Positions 7,998-18,156 of a stretch of 64,000 nucleotides of DNA are shown piece after piece; positions within the stretch are counted from its first letter, which is position 1, and each line of letters starts with the position of its first letter. Source of the DNA: Candidatus Magasanikiibacteriota bacterium (GTDB lineage: Bacteria; Patescibacteriota; Patescibacteriia; Magasanikbacterales; UBA922); NCBI GenBank assembly GCA_041665025.1, contig JBAYJP010000006.1, positions 5,440 through 69,439 of the forward strand, read 5' to 3'. The notes beneath the pieces are model-generated. The model was given only the letters and a program-made list of their open reading frames with translations, was not told the DNA's origin and ran no database searches. Made by a program: the position numbers and the translations under genes.

Positions 7998-9443
7998 ATG
8001 GATCCAACAGAAATCCGTCATATTAATTTTCTTCATGAAAACCCAGAACCAGAACCTCCCAAACGGAGACGCTCCGGCCGGTGGATTTTTGTGTTGATGC
8101 TTATTGGGCTTATTATTGCCGGCGGTATTGGATATGCGGCAAATCAAAAACAACCAGATCTCGATCCTCTTGATTATGACCCGGTAACGCTTGAACCAAA
8201 ACAGCCCGAAGGATTTCTGAAAAAATTGTCCTATTTAGTCTTCAAAAAAGAAGTGAAACTTGAAGGCGCAAAAAATGATCGGATCAATATACTGCTACTT
8301 GGCATGGGTGGGCCAGGCCACGATGGGCCATACCTTACTGACACTATGATGATTGCAAGCATCAAGCCATCTACCAATGAAGTTGCCCTTATTTCAATAC
8401 CTCGAGATTTAGGTGTTGCCATCCCTGGATATGGAACACGAAAAATAAACCACGCCAACGCATTTGGAGAGATGGAAAAAGAAAATTGGGGTGGGGCATT
8501 TGCGACGCAAGTTGTAGCTGATGCATTTGACATGGATATCCCCTATTATATACGCATGGATTTTGCCGCTTTTGAAGAAATCATAAATGAAGTCGGCGGG
8601 ATTCGCGTAAACGTTGATAAAGCATTTACTGATTATATGTTCCCCGCACCACGCGATCAATACCAGACAATATCGTTCAAACAAGGACCGCAAACCATGG
8701 ACGGAAAGATAGCTTTAAATTTTGTACGTTCTCGGCATGGCAATAACGGCGAGGGGTCAGACTTCGCGCGCGCTAGACGTCAACAAAAAGTTATTCTCGC
8801 GCTTAAAGAAAAAGTTTTGTCATTTTCCACGCTTACCAACCCGGTCCGCATCAAAAAAATTATGGATTCGCTCGAACGGCATATGACGACAAATATGAAT
8901 TTTGATGCAATCGTCGGACTCGTGCGCATGGCTCGATCGATAAACACCGACAACGTAAAGACGCTCGTATTGGATAATGCAACAAATGGATTTCTCATAA
9001 GTAGCAACCATCCTACCGCAGGCTTTTTATTGACGCCAAAGACAGGAAATTTTAATGAAATACAACAAGCAATCAGTACTATTTTTGAAAATAATGAATT
9101 AACAAAAAAAGACACAACGCCTGAACAAGAAAAACCACGCTACGATACTGCAGTGGTCGAAGTTCAAAATGGTACATGGAGGGCAGGAACTGCGGCCCGG
9201 CTAAAACAGCAGCTTACTGAAGCAAACTTCTATGTTGACGCGGTTGGAAATACAGACCCAGCCTATAAACCGATTACTATAAGCGGTATTTATAAAATCT
9301 CAGACAATGAATCGCTTGAAGTAATGCAGGCTCTGCAAAATTCTCTGCACATACCTATAAAACAAACCCCTCCAGAAGGGATAATACCAACAGCCACCAG
9401 CACTGATATATTGGTAATTGTGGGGGATGATTTTGTCGAATGA
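7998..9443 (+). CDS. LytR-CpsA-Psr (LCP) family cell-wall glycopolymer phosphotransferase
   Basis: N-terminal TM helix; LCP core motifs LLLGMGGPG...LTDTMMIASI...ALISIPRDL...KINHANAFG; LytR_C-like C-terminus. Confidence 0.85.
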   Translation: MDPTEIRHINFLHENPEPEPPKRRRSGRWIFVLMLIGLIIAGGIGYAANQKQPDLDPLDYDPVTLEPKQPEGFLKKLSYLVFKKEVKLEGAKNDRINILLLGMGGPGHDGPYLTDTMMIASIKPSTNEVALISIPRDLGVAIPGYGTRKINHANAFGEMEKENWGGAFATQVVADAFDMDIPYYIRMDFAAFEEIINEVGGIRVNVDKAFTDYMFPAPRDQYQTISFKQGPQTMDGKIALNFVRSRHGNNGEGSDFARARRQQKVILALKEKVLSFSTLTNPVRIKKIMDSLERHMTTNMNFDAIVGLVRMARSINTDNVKTLVLDNATNGFLISSNHPTAGFLLTPKTGNFNEIQQAISTIFENNELTKKDTTPEQEKPRYDTAVVEVQNGTWRAGTAARLKQQLTEANFYVDAVGNTDPAYKPITISGIYKISDNESLEVMQALQNSLHIPIKQTPPEGIIPTATSTDILVIVGDDFVE

Positions 9444-9530
9444 TGAAATCCGTTCATACAAAAAATATTTTAAATAAAACAGTTAGCCGTGCTTTGGTGC
9501 TCAAGTGCTAAAGTGCTTAAGTGAATTATT

Positions 9531-10925
9531 ATGGATTCAGAAAACAGACAAGCCCAGGAAACAAACCTCCCCATTATTACTCTTGTTGGGCGTGCAAACG
9601 TAGGTAAATCAACACTCTTCAATAAACTAGTAGAAGAACACAAGGCGCTTGTATCGATAATACCCGGCACAACACGCACCGTAAATGAAGGCGATATATT
9701 ATGGAGAGGCGTGTATATCCATACGATAGACACGGGGGGGATAGATAATCTCGAAAATGAACGATTTTCCAAAGAAATTGTAGAACAGTCCGAAGGTGCT
9801 CTCAAACGCGCAGACATCATTCTTATGGTTTTCGACGCGCAAGTAGGCATTCTCCCCCAAGAAAAAGAACTTGCCCGAACATTATTAAAAAAATATCGAG
9901 CAACAAAAAAAATTATACCCGTAGCAAACAAAATAGACAGCAAACGAATTGAAAATAAGCTTCATGCAGAAGAATTTTTGTCTCTGGGGTTGGGCCAGCC
10001 ATTATATATCTCAGCGACAAACGGAAGTGGTGTGGGTGACCTGCTTGATTATGTGTACAAAGAACTACGGAAGCTCGGCAAACGGCCTAAGCAAACTAAC
10101 AAAGCATTGACAACCGATGTGCGCGTGTCTATGTTTGGCAAACCAAATGTAGGAAAATCATCGCTCTTCAACAAAATTGTTGGTCTCGAGAAAGTTATTG
10201 TAAGTGATATTGCACACACAACCCGTGAACCATTTGATACGCAAGTGGAATATACCGAAGGCAAGAAAAAATATACTATTACATTTGTCGACACGGCAGG
10301 CATTCGTAGAAAAGCACATGTGAGCGGTATGCTTGAAGAACAGGGAATTAAAAAAAGTATCCAAAATATTGAAAAATCAGATATTATTTTACTTGTGCTT
10401 GATGGGAGCCAACCATTCTCTTCCCAAGATATGCAGCTTGGCGGACTTATTGAACGCAGAAGCAAAAGTGTTATAATTCTTATCAACAAATGGGATCTGA
10501 CCGAAGATAATAGCGACGCGTACCGCAACCAAGTAAAGGCAATGACGTATGCCCATTTCCCCCATCTCGATTTTGCACCTATTTTATTTGTAAGTGGCAA
10601 GACGGCATATCGTGTTCAACAGATATTTCCATTGATCGTCCAAATTGCGCAGGCCCGTACAACTGAAATTCCCACAGACAAATTGGATGACTTCCTAAAA
10701 CGCGCCATGAAAACACATAGGCCTACCAAGGGAAAAGGCAAAAGTATCCCCGTCATTTGGGGAATAAAACAAATCAATTCAAATCCTCCTGTGTTCGAGT
10801 TATTTTTAAAACCACGAACTTCAGTACATGGATCATACTTCAAATATTTGGAGCACAAACTTCGAGAAGAATTCAACTTTTTGGCAACTCCAATTGTCAT
10901 CAAAGTGACTAAGATGAAAAAATAA
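9531..10925 (+). CDS. der: Ribosome-biogenesis GTPase Der/EngA
   Basis: Two tandem GTPase domains (GRANVGKSTLFN, GKPNVGKSSLFN; DTGG/DTAG; NKxD) and a KH-like C-terminus. Confidence 0.9.
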   Translation: MDSENRQAQETNLPIITLVGRANVGKSTLFNKLVEEHKALVSIIPGTTRTVNEGDILWRGVYIHTIDTGGIDNLENERFSKEIVEQSEGALKRADIILMVFDAQVGILPQEKELARTLLKKYRATKKIIPVANKIDSKRIENKLHAEEFLSLGLGQPLYISATNGSGVGDLLDYVYKELRKLGKRPKQTNKALTTDVRVSMFGKPNVGKSSLFNKIVGLEKVIVSDIAHTTREPFDTQVEYTEGKKKYTITFVDTAGIRRKAHVSGMLEEQGIKKSIQNIEKSDIILLVLDGSQPFSSQDMQLGGLIERRSKSVIILINKWDLTEDNSDAYRNQVKAMTYAHFPHLDFAPILFVSGKTAYRVQQIFPLIVQIAQARTTEIPTDKLDDFLKRAMKTHRPTKGKGKSIPVIWGIKQINSNPPVFELFLKPRTSVHGSYFKYLEHKLREEFNFLATPIVIKVTKMKK

Positions 10926-10930
10926 TTACA

Positions 10931-10994
10931 AGTTCATAGCCAATAGCCAGTAGCTCATAGTATTGAACATTGTCCATTCTATTGGCTATGAACT
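10931..10994. repeat. Palindromic repeat, family E: AGTTCATAGCCAATAG ... CTATTGGCTATGAACT
   Basis: Perfect 16-bp inverted arms between der and pth. A related copy lies at 54321-54390. Confidence 0.6.
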
Positions 10995-11014
10995 ATTGGC
11001 TATCAACTAATTAT

Positions 11015-11560
11015 ATGAAACTCATCGTCGGTCTCGGAAACCCAGGCAAGCAATATGAAAAGACGCGCCACAACGTCGGTTTTATGATACTTGACGCCTT
11101 ACATGATGCACTTTCAGAATATAGTATAAACACATGGGAATTAAGCAAAAAATTTAATGCGTACGTTGCGGGATGCACTATGCATGGCGAAAAAATAATT
11201 TTAGCAAAGCCATTGACATTCATGAATGCATCAGGAGAAACAATCCAGCTCATTGCGCATTTTTATCAGCTTTCTCATGATGATCTTGTCATTGTACATG
11301 ATGATAAAGACATTAAACTGGGCGAAATAAAAATTCAAAAAGACCGCGGAGACGCAGGGCATAATGGCATAAAATCAGTTATCGAACACATTGGCAGTAA
11401 AAATTTTATGCGCGTACGTGTTGGCATTGCACCAGAAGATGAAAAAAGAATGAGAAAAGACGTACCAAAATTTGTATTGGGAAAATTTAGCATGTTTGAA
11501 AAGAAAAAAGTAGAGCAAACAATAGACAATGCGATCCAAAATATTATGAGTCTCCTATAG
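11015..11560 (+). CDS. pth: Peptidyl-tRNA hydrolase
   Basis: MKLIVGLGNPG...RHNVGF N-terminal signature. The start is placed at the ATG at 11015, because the longer ORF from 10970 merely translates the palindrome. Confidence 0.9.
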   Translation: MKLIVGLGNPGKQYEKTRHNVGFMILDALHDALSEYSINTWELSKKFNAYVAGCTMHGEKIILAKPLTFMNASGETIQLIAHFYQLSHDDLVIVHDDKDIKLGEIKIQKDRGDAGHNGIKSVIEHIGSKNFMRVRVGIAPEDEKRMRKDVPKFVLGKFSMFEKKKVEQTIDNAIQNIMSLL

Positions 11561-11565
11561 TTTAA

Positions 11566-11682
11566 CCTATCACATAACACATATCACGTATCACATTGAC
11601 GAAATCACAGAGAACGTCGAATCTGATGTTATGTGTTATGTGTTATGTGTTATATGTTATGTGTTACGTGCTACGTAATATC
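11566..11682. repeat. Imperfect inverted arrays of CACATAA/GTGTTAT heptamers flanking the dprA start
   Basis: TATCACATAACACATATCACGTATCAC ... GTTATGTGTTATGTGTTATATGTTATGTGTTACGTG. Confidence 0.5.
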
Positions 11683-12762
11683 ATGAACAAAGAAATTCTC
11701 CTCGCTCACTTCCCCAAAATTACTGTCAAACGATACCGAGATCTACTCGGTGTTTTTTCATCTATTGAAAACGTATGGAGAGCAGAATTTGATGAACTAA
11801 AAAAAACTAGATGGGATGATCAATTAGTTCATGAATTTCTTGTATGGAGAGAACATATCGACCAAAATAAAATTGAAGAACATCTCCAAAAAGAACATAT
11901 TCATTGTGTTACCAACGAAGACTCAGAATATCCTGAACTCTTAAAACAAATATATGACCCGCCATTTTGTTTATTTGTCCGCGGAAAATTAAAAACTGAT
12001 GCCTTCAATCTGGCCGTTGTAGGAACGCGCAAATATACTCCCTACGGCAAACAAGTTACTGAAGAGATAGTCGGCGAATTAGCACGCCAAGGTATTGTAA
12101 TTATCAGCGGACTTGCTTTTGGCATAGATAGTATTGCCCATGCTGTAACGATCAAAAATCAAGGTACGACAATAGGTATACTCGGTTCGGGTATAGACGA
12201 CGACCACATATACCCTGTAGCTCACAGAGAGCTCGCACAGACGATTATAGAGCGTGGTGGGGCAATTATATCTGAATACCCACCAGGCACACAGCCAAGT
12301 ACATTTACATTTCCTAGAAGAAATCGTATTATTGCGGGGATGTCCTTGGGTACTCTCGTTATTGAGGCCGGAGAACAGTCTGGCGCGCTTATTACAGCTC
12401 AAGTTGCACTAGATAGTGGACGAGAAGTTTTTGCCATACCCCAAAACATCACCTCGCGAACTGCAAAGGGTCCAAATAATTTGATAAAGATGGGAGCGCG
12501 TGCGGTGACATCTGTGCAAGATATCCTAGATGCTTTGAACTTGCAGAATATCTCACAATATGTTACTAATACAGAAGTTTTGCCTGATTCCCCGAGCGAA
12601 GCTCATATCCTCGCTCATGTATCAAAAGAACCCATCCACGTGGATGAACTCATCAAAAAGTCAGGATTAAATAGTCAAACAGTAAATAGCACACTGACAC
12701 TCATGGAAATGAAAGGTAAAGTGCGCAATGTAGGTGGGATGATGTATGTCTTAGCTCGATAA
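11683..12762 (+). CDS. dprA: DNA processing protein DprA/Smf
   Basis: Rossmann-like DprA core (GTRKYTPYG...ISGLAFGIDSIAH...GTLVIEAGEQSGALITA). The start is chosen at the in-frame ATG at 11683 (MNKEILLAHFP); the upstream 29 codons are repeat-derived. Confidence 0.8.
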   Translation: MNKEILLAHFPKITVKRYRDLLGVFSSIENVWRAEFDELKKTRWDDQLVHEFLVWREHIDQNKIEEHLQKEHIHCVTNEDSEYPELLKQIYDPPFCLFVRGKLKTDAFNLAVVGTRKYTPYGKQVTEEIVGELARQGIVIISGLAFGIDSIAHAVTIKNQGTTIGILGSGIDDDHIYPVAHRELAQTIIERGGAIISEYPPGTQPSTFTFPRRNRIIAGMSLGTLVIEAGEQSGALITAQVALDSGREVFAIPQNITSRTAKGPNNLIKMGARAVTSVQDILDALNLQNISQYVTNTEVLPDSPSEAHILAHVSKEPIHVDELIKKSGLNSQTVNSTLTLMEMKGKVRNVGGMMYVLAR

Positions 12763-12900
12763 ATCTCAATTTACAAATTTTCAATTTTCAAATATGTTAT
12801 AAAGTCAAAATTAATCTTTATCGTAAATTTATCCGGCGTAGTCCCGCCTTGGTCGGGACGAAGACGGAATCTTGATTCTTCAATTTTATATTTTATTCCT

Positions 12901-13581
12901 ATGTTCTCACCTATACGAATCAAACAGTCCATTGTCCTCACGCTGTTCATCTTCCTCGGCTTTCTCGCCATGCAAGTTCCTTTTTCACAAATCATTGGCT
13001 CCAGTGTTAAATTTAGTTTATTCGATTTTTACGGACCTATCGTAGGCGGATTTGTCGGATCAGTATGGGGGCTTATTACGGTCATAGCAATGCAGCTCAC
13101 AAACTGGGCATGGCATGGATTTACTATTGACGCCGCTACCGCTATTCGATTTTTTCCAGTCCTTTTTTCAGTTCTCTATTTTGCTCGCAAGTCAAAATCA
13201 ATACTCGCCGTTCCCATCCTCTGTATGATTGCATTTTGGATGCACCCAGAGGGACGTATTGCATGGACCTATGCGCTCTATTGGTTTATCCCTATCGTGG
13301 CATATTTTTTTCATGATTCACATATATTTGCTCGTGCGCTCGGCACGACGTTTACTGCGCATGCGGTTGGCGGCGCTCTATGGATTTGGGTGTTTAACAT
13401 GAAAGCAGGCATATGGATTAGTCTCATCCCAATAGTTTGGAAAGAACGCGGACTCATGTCAATAGGTATCATGCTTACATTTTTGCTCTTCAACTTTGTC
13501 TTACGTACCATCAATGAAAAGACAAATATCAAACTCCCCTTCCTCAAACTCCAACCAAAATTCAGCTTACATACAAAATAA
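12901..13581 (+). CDS. Polytopic membrane protein with about 6 TM helices. It may be an ECF-transporter S-component-like protein, lying upstream of the folC-like gene.
   Basis: Hydrophobicity pattern only. The functional guess rests on size, topology and neighbourhood. Confidence 0.35.
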   Translation: MFSPIRIKQSIVLTLFIFLGFLAMQVPFSQIIGSSVKFSLFDFYGPIVGGFVGSVWGLITVIAMQLTNWAWHGFTIDAATAIRFFPVLFSVLYFARKSKSILAVPILCMIAFWMHPEGRIAWTYALYWFIPIVAYFFHDSHIFARALGTTFTAHAVGGALWIWVFNMKAGIWISLIPIVWKERGLMSIGIMLTFLLFNFVLRTINEKTNIKLPFLKLQPKFSLHTK

Positions 13582-13585
13582 TTTT

Positions 13586-13660
13586 CCCTCCCCCTACAAG
13601 GGGGAGCCAGAGGGGGTCTTCTAAAATTAAGACCCCACCTCGCCTCCCCTTCTAGGGGAG
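13586..13660. repeat. Family A REP-like cluster of three hairpins (CTCCCCCTACAAGGGGGAG, GGGGTCTT..AAGACCCC, CTCCCCTTCTAGGGGAG)
   Basis: Intergenic, between the membrane protein and the folC-like gene; shares the CCAGAGGGGGTC tail. Confidence 0.65.
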
Positions 13661-13673
13661 TTTTCCTGTTACT

Positions 13674-15050
13674 ATGACATTTGACCAAGCATACAATTAC
13701 ATCCTCTCTCTCAACAATCTTCCGCGCAAAGAATACATGGCCGACCCTCGCCACTGCGGATGGTATCTTAAGCGCCTCCAGTTTTTCTTGGATATTTTAG
13801 GGAACCCCGAACGCAAAATTCCACACTATATTCACGTAACCGGCACAAGCGGCAAAGGATCGGTGACTGCCTATATGCATTCTATACTTCATGCAAGCGG
13901 GAAAAAGGTAGGCTCGACCTACTCCCCTCATCCTACTATTATCACTGAGCGATGGAAAATTGGGAACAAATTTATGACAAAAAAAGAGTTTGTCCAATTA
14001 GTGGAATATATCAAGCCAAAACTTGATGAATACACGGCAACTACTCCCTATGATGCGCTGTCCTTCTTTGAAATCACTGAAGCAATCGGTTTTTTGTATT
14101 TTGCAAAACATAATGTCAAATGGGCAGTTTTAGAAGTTGCCTGCGGAGGACGTTATGATGCAAGTAATATTATTCCGTGGAAAGATATCGCTGTTATTAC
14201 AAATATAGGGTTAGACCATGTCGGGCTTATTGGTAATAATAAATCAGAAATTGCATACGAAAAAGCTGGCATCATAAAACGTGGGTGTACATTTTTTTCT
14301 ACTGAAAAAGATAAGAGGATTATCAATGTATTAACTCGGGAAGCAAAAAAAATATTAAATATTAAAGATATTAGGATATTAAATGATATTAAATATCCCA
14401 ATATCACAATATCAAAATATCATAATATCCCAATATCTGGAACCAACTTTACATACAAAGATGCCATATATCACCTGCCCACAATAGGTACGCATCAAAT
14501 ACAAAATTCAATATTATGTATCGAAATTGCCAAACATCTTCATATTCCGCAACATGCTATCAAGCGCGGACTCTCACAAGTCAAACAGCCTCTTCGTATG
14601 GAAATCGTTTCTCACAATCCTCTCGTCATCCTTGACGGCGCACACAATCCAGACAAGATGAGGACGACTGTTGAGACTACAAAAACATTGCAAAAACAAA
14701 AAAATATCCTCCCCCTAGGGGGAGGCGAGAGGGGGTCAAAAAATATCCATCTGGTCGTCGGCTTCTCTGGTGACAAAAACATTCCCAACATGGTTAAACA
14801 ACTTGCCACTGTCAAACCAAAATCAATTGCGGTGACACGCAACACAACAAATCCATTTCGTAAAGTCGCAGACCTACAACTTGTTGCTAGGCAATTTAAA
14901 AAATTACTTCCAAAATCAAAAATTAAACTCTTCCTCGAACCATCTAAAGCATTATTGTGGACAAAAAAAATAGCCAAGACACATGATATCATCTTGGCTA
15001 CTGGATCAATATTTGTAAGTGGAGAACTACGAGGTCAAACAAATGGATAG
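13674..15050 (+). CDS. folC: Folylpolyglutamate synthase / dihydrofolate synthase (Mur ligase family)
   Basis: Mur-ligase P-loop HVTGTSGKGS and overall FolC-like layout. It carries an in-frame AT-rich low-complexity insert (14349-14438) and an in-frame family-A hairpin (14707-14737, PLGGGERGS). Confidence 0.7.
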   Translation: MTFDQAYNYILSLNNLPRKEYMADPRHCGWYLKRLQFFLDILGNPERKIPHYIHVTGTSGKGSVTAYMHSILHASGKKVGSTYSPHPTIITERWKIGNKFMTKKEFVQLVEYIKPKLDEYTATTPYDALSFFEITEAIGFLYFAKHNVKWAVLEVACGGRYDASNIIPWKDIAVITNIGLDHVGLIGNNKSEIAYEKAGIIKRGCTFFSTEKDKRIINVLTREAKKILNIKDIRILNDIKYPNITISKYHNIPISGTNFTYKDAIYHLPTIGTHQIQNSILCIEIAKHLHIPQHAIKRGLSQVKQPLRMEIVSHNPLVILDGAHNPDKMRTTVETTKTLQKQKNILPLGGGERGSKNIHLVVGFSGDKNIPNMVKQLATVKPKSIAVTRNTTNPFRKVADLQLVARQFKKLLPKSKIKLFLEPSKALLWTKKIAKTHDIILATGSIFVSGELRGQTNG

Positions 15051-15052
15051 GA

Positions 15053-18000
15053 CTACGGAAGCATTATTCGAGCTCCCGTATATCCATTTATATATACGTA
15101 TTCCCCATTTCTAACTTTCGTTACTTTCAAAACTGCGGAGTTATTATAGTGCTCTACACGAAGAGAACCAATAAACCAACTGAAAATACTGTACTCATAC
15201 ACTGCGTGGTCACTATACGTTACCTGGACTTTGCCAAACCATGTAGGTGTAACTGATACCATATAACGTTTGGCCAACTGTACATCAAACGGATCCAATT
15301 TAAATAAAAAAGGATGTGTACCGTTCTGGCTTATGGTATTGACTTCATCTACATATTTGTCTCCGTCATTATCTCTTTTATCGCCTTTAATCTCTATTCC
15401 TCGCGCCGGAATTTCATCATCAAAATCTAAATTATTATTTACGTAACCAGCTGGTGCAGAATTACTGCATACAGAGGTTAAAACAATTTTACTTCCGAGC
15501 CCATCGTCATCTCTATCTTCATAAAAATTCTTTAGCTGATATACATTAGGATCGTGATCATTACAGTCTGTAGACGCAGAGGCACCATCGTTGTCAGCAT
15601 CATTGTCATTATGATCATTACTATTGGTTACGTATCCCGCAGGTGTATGTGCCGAACACAAAGTCAGCGTGTCGTTTGGATTACCCAAGCCATCGTAATC
15701 TAAATCATGATAATATATGACAGGTGTTGAAATTTGTGGATTATAATCATCACAATCAGCGCTAGCATCTACTCCATCATTATCACGATCATACGCGTGT
15801 TCATCGCACGCGTCCCCTATTCCATCTTGGTCAGTATCATTTTGATCAGGGTTATATATTTCTAGACAATTGTCTACTGAATCAACAACAGCGTCATTAT
15901 CCTTGTCAAAATCATTTGCATCATCATGATTTGTGACAAATCCATCCAAAGGTACCTCTGAACATATTTCCATGATATCATGTATCGAGCCCAGCCCATC
16001 CTGATCATAATCCCGATAATAAGTAACAGGGCCTAAAACAGCCACGTCATGATCATCGCAATCAACACTCATTTCCACATTATCGTTATCATAATCATGG
16101 TCATTAACATCATCAGAATTGATTACGAAACCTTCAACCAACGTGCATGACTGCTGTAATGTATCAGATCCCCTACCATCACCATCTACATCTTGATAAT
16201 AGTTAATCGGTCCCAAAATAGCAGGATTATTATCATTGCAATCTGTGCCAGTATTAACATTGTCATTATCAAAATCATTGTCATTTCTATCATCGACGTT
16301 CGTAACATAACCAGGAACTACCATGCAGGACTGTCGCGCTGATCCAAAACCCAATCCATCTCCATCAACATCTGCATAATAAAATTGTGGACCTTTAACA
16401 TCAAAATCACGATCATTACAATCTAAAGCTGTGTCAATATTGTCATTGTCATAATCATTATCATTTGTGTCCAGTTCGCTTGAAGCAGTGAGAACATACG
16501 TACCAGAAGCGGAACACATGATCTGTGGTTCACCAAATCTTTTTCCATCGCCATCTGCATCACGATAATAATTAATGGGACCTAAAACAGTGTTATTGTT
16601 ATCATCACAATCAATACCCGTATTCACATTATCATTATCGTGGTCATTATCATTTTGATCACTAGAATTGGTAACACGACCAGAAACTACTGCGCAAGAC
16701 AGTACTGCTTCTCCAGATCCGAGTCCATCGCCGTCTAGATCAAGATAGTATGATTGTGGCCCACGAATATTGTAGTCACGGTCATTACAGTCTATGAGAG
16801 AAGAAATCGTATCATTATCAAAGTCATTGTCATCCACATCTTCTACATTGGTAACATGGCCCGCAAGTACAGTACATGACTGTCGTGCTTGGCCAAATCC
16901 CTTTCCGTCTCCATCAGCGTCAATATAATAATTTACCGGTCCTAAAACGGTATTATTAGCATCATTACAATCAACACCAATACTGATGCCATCATTATCG
17001 AAATCGTTGTCATTCACGTCATTTGAATTAGCAACATAGCCCGTCGGCGCTGCCAAGGTACTTATCATGCTTGAAACATGAGAACCAAGTCCGTCATTAT
17101 CTAAATCCTGATAATATACGGCGGTGTGCTTGCTTATATACGTGGCGGTAGAAGCGTCATGCGCAATATAAATAATTGATCCGCCAATCTCATCTCGTCT
17201 AATCAAAAATCCTTCACGTCCATCACCCGGAACATTCGTATACGCCCGTACAACTTTATTAGTTTTTGGATCGACCTCTATCAAAAGATTTACGCCGTCA
17301 TCATACAAAATAAAAAGAGTGCCGGTATCTTCATTGAAGAACATGTCAGAAATGTTTGAGTTTGCCAAGCCCGTGAAACCATTTGCATTCAATGTAATAT
17401 AACCTCTTGATGTAAAAATACCTGTATGATTTACATCAAGATCAAAAACATAAATAAGGCCATCATCTGTTGTAGTTGCTCCTCCAGGGGTAGGCGCTCT
17501 TTGCACGCCAACATAAAATAACCCGCCAGATCCGTAAATACTGTCAGGAACACTGGAAGGTAAAAAAGCATTTGGGACAAAAGCCGCGCCTTCAAGTCCG
17601 GAATTAGAAGGGGTATTCAAATGATAACTTAAATCCCATGATTTCCCTGTTTTTACTCCGCGTGACCAATCAAACTGAGAGATTGAGTCAGGATTTTCCT
17701 CACCTAAATATATAAAATTACTATGTGGATCAGTAATTACCAGGGCTTCAAGATCTGCATTAGCCGTAGCATTGGGTGGTTCTCTCTTTATATTTCTCCA
17801 TTCTGTTTCTACTACCCCATCTTTGTTCATCTTTGTCAAAACCCCTCCATCACTAATAGTAAATAATTTTTCCGATACACTATTCCACGCCATACCACTT
17901 GGTTCATAAGGCGCGGTTGGAGTGATGCGATCACTAAGGCTAGAAGAAGCTGGCCAATTCGTCGGACTTACGGCCAAAACAAAATTACTAGGGAACAATA

Positions 18001-18070
18001 GCACTCCAAGAGCCAGTGCGCCTAAGATAAACTTTTTCTGCATACGGAAATATATAGTATTAAAAACCAT
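15053..18070 (-). CDS. Secreted 1005-aa protein: signal peptide, YjiK/SdiA-regulated-like beta-propeller region, then about 10 tandem MopE-like (YYxDxDGDGxG ... DCxDxN) putative metal/Ca-binding repeats
   Basis: The N-terminus KKFILGALALGVLLFPSNFVLAVS is signal-like; the likely start is the second Met, near 18043. Repeat units of about 55 aa match NDNDFDNDxxxxxxDCNDxxxxxxGPxxYYxDxDGDGxGxG...C..xGYVTN. Confidence 0.7.
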   Translation of the reverse strand: MVFNTIYFRMQKKFILGALALGVLLFPSNFVLAVSPTNWPASSSLSDRITPTAPYEPSGMAWNSVSEKLFTISDGGVLTKMNKDGVVETEWRNIKREPPNATANADLEALVITDPHSNFIYLGEENPDSISQFDWSRGVKTGKSWDLSYHLNTPSNSGLEGAAFVPNAFLPSSVPDSIYGSGGLFYVGVQRAPTPGGATTTDDGLIYVFDLDVNHTGIFTSRGYITLNANGFTGLANSNISDMFFNEDTGTLFILYDDGVNLLIEVDPKTNKVVRAYTNVPGDGREGFLIRRDEIGGSIIYIAHDASTATYISKHTAVYYQDLDNDGLGSHVSSMISTLAAPTGYVANSNDVNDNDFDNDGISIGVDCNDANNTVLGPVNYYIDADGDGKGFGQARQSCTVLAGHVTNVEDVDDNDFDNDTISSLIDCNDRDYNIRGPQSYYLDLDGDGLGSGEAVLSCAVVSGRVTNSSDQNDNDHDNDNVNTGIDCDDNNNTVLGPINYYRDADGDGKRFGEPQIMCSASGTYVLTASSELDTNDNDYDNDNIDTALDCNDRDFDVKGPQFYYADVDGDGLGFGSARQSCMVVPGYVTNVDDRNDNDFDNDNVNTGTDCNDNNPAILGPINYYQDVDGDGRGSDTLQQSCTLVEGFVINSDDVNDHDYDNDNVEMSVDCDDHDVAVLGPVTYYRDYDQDGLGSIHDIMEICSEVPLDGFVTNHDDANDFDKDNDAVVDSVDNCLEIYNPDQNDTDQDGIGDACDEHAYDRDNDGVDASADCDDYNPQISTPVIYYHDLDYDGLGNPNDTLTLCSAHTPAGYVTNSNDHNDNDADNDGASASTDCNDHDPNVYQLKNFYEDRDDDGLGSKIVLTSVCSNSAPAGYVNNNLDFDDEIPARGIEIKGDKRDNDGDKYVDEVNTISQNGTHPFLFKLDPFDVQLAKRYMVSVTPTWFGKVQVTYSDHAVYEYSIFSWFIGSLRVEHYNNSAVLKVTKVRNGEYVYINGYTGARIMLP

Positions 18071-18156
18071 TTTATTATAACATAAAATGACATCTCAATC
18101 AAAACAAAAGTCGGTAATCAAACATGGCTGAAGTAAATTTACAAAACTCTATATGT

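Noticed and set aside
12790-12900. A GC-rich hairpin (GTCCCG-CCTTGGT-CGGGAC) in the 5' UTR of the membrane-protein gene upstream of the folC-like gene, considered as a THF riboswitch
   Set aside because: I could not match it to the THF riboswitch consensus by eye, and it is too short. It is more likely another family-A-like hairpin. An Rfam scan would settle this.
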